From: Octopus sinensis
Taxonomy: Eukaryota
Direction: 5' to 3'
DNA: 64,000 nt
Assembly: GCF_006345805.1 (NCBI RefSeq)
Contig: NC_042998.1
Location: 81,592,001-81,656,000 of the forward strand
A program made the position numbers and the translations under genes. The notes beneath the pieces were generated by a model that saw only the letters and a program-made list of their open reading frames with translations, was not told the DNA's origin and made no database searches. Below, one piece after another: positions 54,938 to 64,000 of the stretch. Position 1 is the stretch's first letter. Each line of letters starts with the position of its first letter.

Positions 54938-55422
54938 GTTTGCATCTATACCTATTATCGGATTTTGTTAGGGCTTCATATGGTACACATGTGAACAAGA
55001 AAAATGTGGGTAGAGGGTGATGTACTAGGAACTCTCCCCTTACTATTTTACAAAGTATACAACACAAATAACTACGCAGAGGCAGCCTTGGTTGAAATAA
55101 GAGCAAGAACAACAGGCAGTATTAAAAGAGAAAAGAAGCATGGTCATTCCTTACCCAAGTGACCTTATCTTATCGCCCATCACTTGTTATGCGGTCATAA
55201 ATTAGTTTGATATTTGAACTCTGATTGGCTGTATGCACACGAGTTCATAACTGGGGTTCGGAATTCTGGCGTTGTTTTAGGCCCAGGAAAACATCTTTTC
55301 CAGCAGGCTAACGACACTCATTCTGTGTCCGTATGTAGCTAAAATAAAAGTAACATGGTCTTTTACATATAAACATTGTTACGGTATTGTTTCGCTCAGA
55401 TATTTAAAATACGTTGTTTTTC

Positions 55423-55472
<50 letters not shown>

Positions 55473-55519
55473 GTGTGTGTGTGTGTGTTGTGTGTGTGTG
55501 TGTGTGCGTGTAGAAAAGC

Positions 55520-55632
55520 GTATGCTCGAAACGTAAAAGACTTTTTCTATTCCTGAGCGTTATACTAATACATCTGTTTGTTTTGTACACCACCAGTCTT
55601 CGTCTTTTGTTTTTTACGTAAACTTTCCCTAT
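55520..55632 (+). mobile_element. Truncated PLE-like tail with a partial HHR
   Basis: AGC-GTAT-GCTC-GAAAC-GTA-AAAGAC followed by a ~90-bp tail between microsatellites. The CUGANGA half is absent. Confidence 0.4.
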
Positions 55633-55641
55633 ATGTATATG

Positions 55642-55710
<69 letters not shown>

Positions 55711-55712
55711 GT

Positions 55713-55743
<31 letters not shown>

Positions 55744-55798
55744 ATATATAAATTGATCAAAATAAAAATAAAAATAAAAACATGAGGCGAAGGATTCA

Positions 55799-55876
55799 GC
55801 GGTACATATGTTTCGGGCCTTTATTAGACAGATTCATAACAAATCATAATGTATGTCTGTGGCCTTCTTCAGCCGC
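55799..55876 (-). ncRNA. Type I hammerhead ribozyme (mirror of 59733-59810)
   Basis: Reverse complement: GCGG-CUGAAGA-AGGCC...GGCCC-GAAA-C-AUAU-G-UA-CCGC. Confidence 0.85.
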
Positions 55877-57427
55877 GCACAACAGCTTCCACAAGGACAT
55901 GTGTTAACTTCCGAAATTCTTGGTTGGGGATGCAAACTTCTCGTTCCCGTACGACATAATGCGGCAGCAGCATCGAATTGAATCGTCCATCTCCTTCTTC
56001 TCTCAGTGTAGAATGAGAAAACTTGGATGTTGAGGTAATGTAAATAAATAAATACGTATATAGAGGTGAAGATGGAGGGGCGAGAGTTCGGGATGAGGGA
56101 TAAAAATATAAAATAATATAAAATAATATAAAAATGTAGAGGATAAAGATATAAAGAGTTGTAAGGAGATGTAAAGGGGGTATAAAGAAATATAAAGAAA
56201 ATAAATAAATGTAAAGGCATAATGTTGTAAAGTAAAAATAGAAATGGAAATAATAGTAAAAGAAGTAAAAGAACCTGATAAAAACATGATAAAAGTGTAA
56301 AAGAATGTAAAGATAAGGGATGTATAGAGGTCGCGGACCCAGCATGGTGGTCAGGAGATTGATAAAACCTAGTTGTAGAACTGTCAGTAAATTAACGGTT
56401 TCGTCGTAAATCAGAGCTGATGAGAGTTTAATCTGGTTCCTTGAATTAAATGGACTTCCAGTACATACATATCATCATGGGTACATACACCCACATACAC
56501 GCGTACATATACGTCTCCAAGTCTATAAGCAAACACACGCACTCGCGTGTAAACACGTACATAAACACACACGCACCCACACGCACACGCGCACACACAC
56601 GTACATACAACAGAATATCCGCATATATAGACGGACATTACGCGCGTACACGCTCACATGTATATACGCGCGCCCCTCACTACATACGTACACGTATATG
56701 CCCACGTCTCTAGGTCTAGGTATAAGATATTAAAGGATGTGTATAAGAACGTTGTAAAGAATCCCGTACTCATTTTAATACGCGCACGCACACACGGCTG
56801 TGTGTCCGTATGTGCGTGCACATATATATATTCACATACACACACAGAGACACACGCGCCCATGGGTATAGTCATAAGATATCGAAGTATGCATGTACAT
56901 ATACGCGCGCGCATATGTATGTATGCGCATACACACGTACGCGGACGCTCGGATACTCAAAAGGCGGGTCCATAGGTAAGTAAATAAACATATATAGAGG
57001 TGTAAAGCGATAAATTAGGGGTAAGAATGAGGGTAAGGGTAAAGATTAGAAATAAAAAATACAGTATAAATAAGAAATACAATGTAATAGTTAGAGATGA
57101 AATATAAGAATTATAAGGGTTATAAGAGTTAAGGTAAGGGATGAAAATGAAAATGAGAGTAAATGGCAGTAGAATAAACGTAAAAATAAAAGTAAAAATA
57201 AAATTAAAAATAAAAATAAATGGAAGTAGGATAAAAGTAAAAATAAAAATGAAAATAAAAATAAAAATAAAATAAAAATAAAATAAAATAAAATAAAATA
57301 AAATATAAAAATAAAAAAATAAGGTAAAAATATAATTTTGTAAAGTTTAACATGAGATGGAGGTGGCCCACATATATATATATATATATGTGTATATGTA
57401 CACACACATACACGTGTGTGCACATAC

Positions 57428-57463
<36 letters not shown>

Positions 57464-57548
57464 ACTCACATATAGGAAAACGGGATGTGCTGGAGCCGAC
57501 AGGTTGCACCGGGTGGGAGGAAATAGCATGGGGGAGTTGGTATAAGAC

Positions 57549-57866
57549 CTAAGCATTGTAGTATTTGAAAGTATTAATAAGTTTATGTATACAGGATGGT
57601 TTGAACTCTGACCTTTTGTTAATAAGAATGTGTTTGTCTTTGAATTTCAAGATGTTCAGGAGTTCTACACAGCATAGTTGGCATCCTGCTCTTTATTTAA
57701 ATAAGGTGCAGCTGATCCGATGATGGACCATCTGAGTTTGAAGCTTATGCATTTGTCTTTTAATTCCCAAATTCTTTTAGAGAGGGAGGTGCTGTTAGCC
57801 TTATGTCTATGTCTCAGCGAGGACCGGTGGTTGTAGTATCTGGATTTCCAGGAGGTTGAGCAACCA
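57549..57866 (-). pseudogene. PLE GIY-YIG endonuclease C-terminal fragment (not in the ORF track)
   Basis: Manual translation: GCSTSWKSRYYNHRSSLRHRHKANSTSLSKRIWELKDK..FKLRWSIIGSAAPY..GCQLCCVELLNILKF...LINKRSEFKPSCIHK...YNA*. One 1-nt indel relative to the mirror arm. Confidence 0.85.
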
Positions 57867-58057
57867 AACTCAGATGGTCCATCATCGGATCAGCTGCACC
57901 TTATTTAAATAATAGAGCAGGATGCCAACTATGCTGTGTAGAACTCCTGAACATCTTGAAATTCAAAAACAAACACAATCTTATTAACAAAAGGTCAGAG
58001 TTCAAACCATCCTGTATACATAAACTTATTAATACTTTCAAATACTACAATGCTTAG
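57866..58057 (+). pseudogene. Inverted duplicate of the PLE endonuclease C-terminus
   Basis: KLRWSIIGSAAPYLNNRAGCQLCCVELLNILKFKNKHNLINKRSEFKPSCIHKLINTFKYYNA*. Confidence 0.85.
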
Positions 58058-59732
58058 GTCTTATACCAACTCCCCCATGCTATTTCCTCCCACCCGGTGC
58101 AACCTGTCGGCTCCAGCACATCCCGTTTTCCTATATGTGAGTGTGTATGTGTGGTGTGTGTGTGTGTGCGTGTGTATGTGCACACACGTGTATGTGTGTG
58201 TACATATACACATATATATATATTATATGTGGGCCACCTCCATCTCATGTTAAACTTTACAAAATTATATTTTTACCTTATTTTTTATTTTTATATTTTA
58301 TTTTTATTTTTATTTTATTTTATTTTTATTTTTATTTTTATTTTTATTTTTATTTTCATTTTTATTTTTACTTTTATCCTACTTCCATTTATTTTTATTT
58401 TTAATTTTATTTTTACTTTTATTTTTACGTTTATTCTACTGCCATTTACTCTCATTTTCATTTTCATCCCTTACCTTAACTCTTATAACCCTTATAATTC
58501 TTATATTTCATCTCTAACTATTACATTGTATTTCTTATTTATATTGTATTTTTTTATTTCTAATCTTTACCCTTACCCTCATTCTTACCCCTAATTTATC
58601 GCTTTACACCTCTATATATGTTTATTTACTTACCTATGGACCCGCCTTTTGAGTATCCGAGCGTCCGCGTACGTGTGTATGCGCATACATACATATGCGC
58701 GCGCGTATATGTACATGCATACTTCGATATCTTATGACTATACCCATGGGCGCGTGTGTCTCTGTGTGTGTATGTGAATATATATATGTGCACGCACATA
58801 CGGACACACAGCCGTGTGTGCGTGCGCGTATTAAAATGAGTACGGGATTCTTACATACGTTCTTATACACATCCTTTAATATCTTATACCTAGACCTAGA
58901 GACGTGGGCATATACGTGTACGTATGTAGTGAGGGGCGCGCGTATATACATGTGAGCGTGTACGCGCGTAATGTCCGTCTATATATGCGGATATTCTGTT
59001 GTATGTACGTGTGTGTGCGCGTGTGCGTGTGGGTGCGTGTGTGTTTATGTACGTGTTTACACGCGAGTGCGTGTGTTTGCTTATAGACTTGGAGACGTAT
59101 ATGTACGCGTGTATGTGGGTGTATGTACCCATGATGATATGTATGTACTGGAAGTCCATTTAATTCAAGGAACCAGATTAAACTCTCATCAGCTCTGATT
59201 TACGACGAAACCGTTAATTTACTGACAGTTCTACAACTAGGTTTTATCAATCTCCTGACCACCATGCTGGGTCCGCGACCTCTATACATCCCTTATCTTT
59301 ACATTCTTTTACACTTTTATCATGTTTTTATCAGGTTCTTTTACTTCTTTTACTATTATTTCCATTTCTATTTTTACTTTACAACATTATGCCTTTACAT
59401 TTATTTATATTCTTTATATTTCTTTATACCCCCTTTACATCTCCTTACAACTCTTTATATCTTTATCCTCTACATTTTTATATTATTTTATATTATTTTA
59501 TATTTTTATCCCTCATCCCGAACTCTCGCCCCTCCATCTTCACCTCTATATACGTATTTATTTATTTACATTACCTCAACATCCAAGTTTTCTCATTCTA
59601 CACTGAGAGAAGAAGGAGATGGACGATTCAATTCGATGCTGCTGCCGCATTATGTCGTACGGGAACGAGAAGATTTGCATCCCCAACCAAGAATTTCGGA
59701 AGTAACACATGTCCTTGTGGAAGCTGTTGTGC

Positions 59733-59810
59733 GCGGCTGAAGAAGGCCACAGACATACATTATGATTTGTTATGAATCTGTCTAATAAAGGCCCGAAACA
59801 TATGTACCGC
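59733..59810 (+). ncRNA. Type I hammerhead ribozyme, intact core
   Basis: Stem I GCGG/CCGC, CUGAAGA, stem II GGCC/GGCC extended by AGAC-containing pairing, GAAA, stem III C-AUAU-G, cleavage triplet GUA. Confidence 0.85.
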
Positions 59811-59940
59811 TGAATCCTTCGCCTCATGTTTTTATTTTTATTTTTATTTTGATCAATTTACTCCACCACCTACACCACCAAACGGTATACACAGGTGCTT
59901 ATAATTATCAAGTACTCAGCCCGAATTTCTACACTCAACT

Positions 59941-59986
<46 letters not shown>

Positions 59987-60696
59987 CATATGTGTGTGTG
60001 TTCGGCCCGCACCAACGCCTGACAACCGGTGTTTGCGTCCCCTTAACTTAGCGGTTCAGCAAAAAGAGACCAATAGAATATGTACTTGGCTTCAAAAAAA
60101 CGTCTTGGGGTCGATTTGTTCGACTAAAACCTATTGAGGCGGTGTCCCACCATGGTCACAGTAAAGGACTGAAATATGTAAAGGATAAAAGATAAAAGAC
60201 TTTGTCGACTTTTTCTTTTCTACAAGTTTGAAAACAAATACATCTCTCAATGTGTAAAACGTCTTATTTTTTATTTTTATCTCAATCAATAATTGCCTTT
60301 TTATAGAATATTTACGAGGCATTTATGAAAGTGACTTTCATTTGATTCTTTATTCTAGATTACTGTTCGAGTGCAATACACCTCTTATTCAAAACTACTT
60401 ACTTTCAAGAGTTGTTAAATAAACACTGATATTTATATAATTAGAATGCATCAGCAACAGTGATCGATACCGAAGGGAATATATAAGTTTGTAGCTGAAT
60501 ATAATAGTTGAACTTCAAACAGGGTTTAGTTAATACGTAGTTGCATAATTAAGCATTTCTCGTGGGTTTGCAAACAAAATATCTCATCATTATACACGAG
60601 TGTACCAGTTGCTTAGATATGATTTAAGAAATTAGATATGAAAATGAATACGGTTTATTGTATAACGATATCAAGAATACGTGTTTCATACATTAA

Positions 60697-60928
60697 TATC
60701 TTTATTGCCCATATGGAGCTAAACATAGAGGGAATAAACAAGGACAAACAAACGGATATTAAGTCGATTATATCGACCCCAGCGCGTAACTGGTAGTTAT
60801 TTAATCGACCCCGAAAGGATGAAAGGCAAAGCCGACCTCGGCGGAATTTGAACTCAGAACGTAACTACAGACGAAATACCGCTAAGCATTTCGCCCGGCG
60901 CGCTAGCGTTTCTGCCAGCTCGCCGCCT
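60697..60928 (-). mobile_element. SINE family A, full length
   Basis: Reverse complement of the 14626-14856 type. Confidence 0.9.
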
Positions 60929-60955
60929 TATATGTGTTTCATATATGTATATATA

Positions 60956-61360
60956 GGCGCAGGAGTGGCTGTGTGGTAAGTATCTTGCTAACCAACCACA
61001 TGGTTCCGGGTTCAGTCCCATTGCGTGGCATCTTGGGCAAGTGTCTTCTGTTATAGCCCCGGGCCGACCAATGCCTTGTGAGTGGATTTGTAGACCGAAA
61101 CTGAAAGAAGCCTGTCGTATATATGTATATATATATAAGTGTGTGTGTATATGTTTGTGTGTCTGTGTTTGTCCCCCTAGCATTGCTTAACAACTGGTGC
61201 TGGTGTGTTTACGTCCCCGTCACTTAGCGGTTCGGCAAAAGAGACCGATAGAATAAGTACTGGGCTTACAAAGAATAAGTCCTGGGGTCGATTTGCTCGA
61301 CTAAAGGCGGTGCTCCAGCATGGCCGCAGTCAAATAACTGAAACAAGTAAAAGAGTAAAG
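60956..61360 (+). mobile_element. tRNA-derived SINE family B, full length
   Basis: GGCGCAGGAGTGGCTGTGTGGTAAG (A box)...GGGTTCAGTCCCA (B box), internal TA/TG tract, GTAAAAGA tail repeat. Confidence 0.9.
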
Positions 61361-61467
61361 AGTAGATATGGATATGAAAGTCATTAAAACAAAAAAGGTT
61401 ATTTGAAAGCAAATTGTATTAGTTAAAACTTCAATATCTGAAATAGAAAGGGCATGCTCAACGTATC

Positions 61468-61509
<42 letters not shown>

Positions 61510-63238
61510 ATACTGATGCTGCTACTGCGGTTTCTGCTGCTGCTGTTGCTGCTGGTGCTGGTTCTGCTGTTGCTGTAAAGTGTGTGAGCAAAAACTATGT
61601 AGTAAACTTCTAATCAGGAAAAGAAAATCCATACATAAATTTATACCTACATACATACACATATACACACACACATACATATATACATATAAATATTACG
61701 TTACATATTTGAATTTGTCTGTTGCCAGAAGAAGAAGAAGAAGAAAACAAAGGAAGTTGAGGTGGAGAGGGGAGAAGAAGAAGAATCTACTAGGTGATAG
61801 TACAGTATTATCAGTTTGTTTAAGTTAATTCCATACCAGTCAATATTAACCTTACCAAAACATCATTTACTCAATGACATCCTTATATTATCAGTTACGA
61901 CAGACAGCACCGTATTACCAATTACTCTTGGTAACGAGGCGGTTCTGATAGTGTGGCTCGATCTAAGTGCAACAAGAATTTATTATCCTTTAGATATCAT
62001 CTCACCAGTTTTTAAAATAAGGAGTGGCTCCTTTTTCTGAGAAAACCATACAACATGTTGATATCAAGGAAGCCTTTCAACTTGGCTAAGTCAGTTTATC
62101 CTTAGCACTATCAATTGCCATGTGCTACTCGTGATTTTAACAAACACAAATGGGCAACAATTAATCCTTTTCTTTCATGTCAACATAATTTTAATTGTTA
62201 GTCCAACGAATCGAACTGATCACCATTTTAATTTTTCTTATTTGCATTTAGTTACTTGAGTTTCCAGGGCTGATCTCAAGAATAAATAATCCTAAGTTAA
62301 TTGATTCCCCGTCATCTTCGAACAATCAATGAGAAAAAAAAAACGACTTCAGTAATATGAAAATGACTGATTATATTTTTTAGGGCATTATGATCGTTGA
62401 AGATTCTCTTTCCTTATTTAAACATTTTGATTTTACTCTTGTTATCATCAACACACAAAAGAGCACATTTAGAACTGATTTTTAGCTGAACTGAAGCTTC
62501 AAAAAATATTATCTGCTGCTAATGTTAACTATACACATGAGTTAGAAGATGAAGGAAAGTGAAATATATATTTCTGATGAAAGGAAAAAATTGCATTCTG
62601 GTTCACTTACACTTCACCTCATGCTTTTAACACTCATTTCTTTTCCAAACAAAATCTTGGTTTAAACAAAATTTCCAAAGGAATATCATGAATTTGGACT
62701 CTATTTTCAATCTGTGACCAACGATGCGCATGCCAATTGTAAAATGGCATTTTCAGCAAATTATCAAGGAAAATATTCACGGTGAAATAAAAGACAATTA
62801 TTGATTTTTTACATCATCAGGAACTCTCATATTTATCACAGAGGCCAACTGGAGTATTGTGACTAATCTGAATCCGAGTGCAAAAATTTGCTGCAGTTGA
62901 GAATCGTTATCCATCGGTTATTAGATCACATGGCGCAATTGATGTTGATTTCGATCTCAATAGCAGCAGTAATCTTTTACTTAAATTGTTATAAAAACTT
63001 TATACTTTCTTTACTGAAATGATAATATAGTTGGAGTCTAAGCTTTTGTTAAATGTATGATCATTAATACGTTCTCTTCATATGAAATATTAAATGTTCC
63101 AATAAGTGAAGATGAACGCCAATTTAATATCTATCTCTCTGTCTGTCTGTCTTCTGTCTGTATGTCTGTTTGTCTGTCTCTGTCTCTGTATCTCTCTCGA
63201 TCAGTCTCTCTATATATAAATACATATATACACACACG

Positions 63239-63287
<49 letters not shown>

Positions 63288-63349
63288 CTATATATATATA
63301 TATATATATACATACATACATACACACACACACATATATATATATATGT

Positions 63350-63424
<75 letters not shown>

Positions 63425-63539
63425 AATATTATTTTAATAATAATGGAGGGTAAAATCCAAAATGATTTTACCAAGTAGCCAGTGTGGACATAAAAAAGCA
63501 TTTAGGTAAATTTTACAAATTATTTTAGAATTACATACA

Positions 63540-64000
63540 TAATTATAATAGGGGGTCAGCTTAATTCGTCATCACGCATTGCTAGAAATAGACGTTAGTC
63601 TTTTTTACTAGCTTAGAATCTCCGAGAATAACACACTTATTGTAATAAAAATAATGAATCGAACTTGGTTGGCTAACCATGGACGCGTTTCCACCTTATA
63701 TTAAAAGTAATTTTACTTACAGTTACTCTTCAGCGCGGTATCCCTTATGAGTATAAGTTCGCGAACTTATGCTCATAAGTAATACCGTACTGAAGAGTTA
63801 CAGTAAAATTATTTTTGATTTAAGTTCTAAACGCGTCCAAGTTCTAAACGCGAACCAAGTTCGACTCATTATTTTCATTTTACTTGCCTACAATAAGTGT
63901 GTTATTCTCGGAGATTCTAAGCTAGTAAAAAGAAAAGACTTTAACGTCCATTTCTAGCAGTAGTTGGTGAGGTATTAAGCTGACCCCCTTGTTATAATTA
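63540..64000. mobile_element. Loopless fold-back PLE-like element with mirror HHR motifs (runs off the window end)
   Basis: Palindrome centred at 63761/63762 (ATAAGTTCGCGAACTTAT), with diverged arms of at least 220 bp. Confidence 0.8.
63676..63739 (-). ncRNA. Type I hammerhead ribozyme (core intact, stem II decayed)
   Basis: ACCGCG-CUGAAGA-...-GAAA-C-GC-G-UC-CAUGGU. The mirror at 63784-63843 has CUGAAGA but UAAACGCGUC. Confidence 0.65.

Larger units (their letters stand above)
55749..59940. mobile_element. Penelope-like element forming a ~4.1-kb palindrome (arms 55749-57740 and 57865-59860)
   Basis: ~2-kb near-identical inverted arms, 124-bp spacer, GIY-YIG C-terminus at the centre, an HHR near each outer end, an ~80-bp one-sided tail and (TA)n flanks. 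Confidence 0.9.

Noticed and set aside
55834-57556. ORFs duplicated in both palindrome arms (up to 158 aa)
   Set aside because: Low-complexity PLE 3' non-coding sequence; the duplication only reflects the inverted repeat.
59145-59222. Possible second HHR in the palindrome arms (GAC-GAAACCGTTA; CTGATGA on the opposite strand, mirror ~56390-56425)
   Set aside because: The two core halves are on different strands, and the same-strand upstream core is incomplete.

Overview
AT-rich, microsatellite-dense animal DNA (intergenic or large-intron). The SINE families suggest a cephalopod such as Octopus; this is an inference from repeat content. I could not support any host protein-coding gene, rRNA, true tRNA or CRISPR array, and most ORFs in the supplied track are microsatellite read-throughs. 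The window is a mosaic of transposon remnants: CR1-like, Tx1/L1-like, RTE and R4/Dong-like LINEs, MULE and Tc1/mariner DNA transposons, MITEs, and at least four SINE families. The main signal is a set of Penelope-like elements (PLEs) and short PLE-like derivatives. They form fold-back (inverted-duplicated) structures from ~80 bp to ~4.1 kb, usually beside (TA)n tracts. Many carry type I hammerhead ribozyme (HHR) motifs with a tiny palindromic stem III, including mirror pairs at 8380/10147 (a U3-A8 core variant), 40568/40661, 55799/59733 and 63676/63784. All motifs and coordinates were read by eye, so repeat boundaries are approximate.
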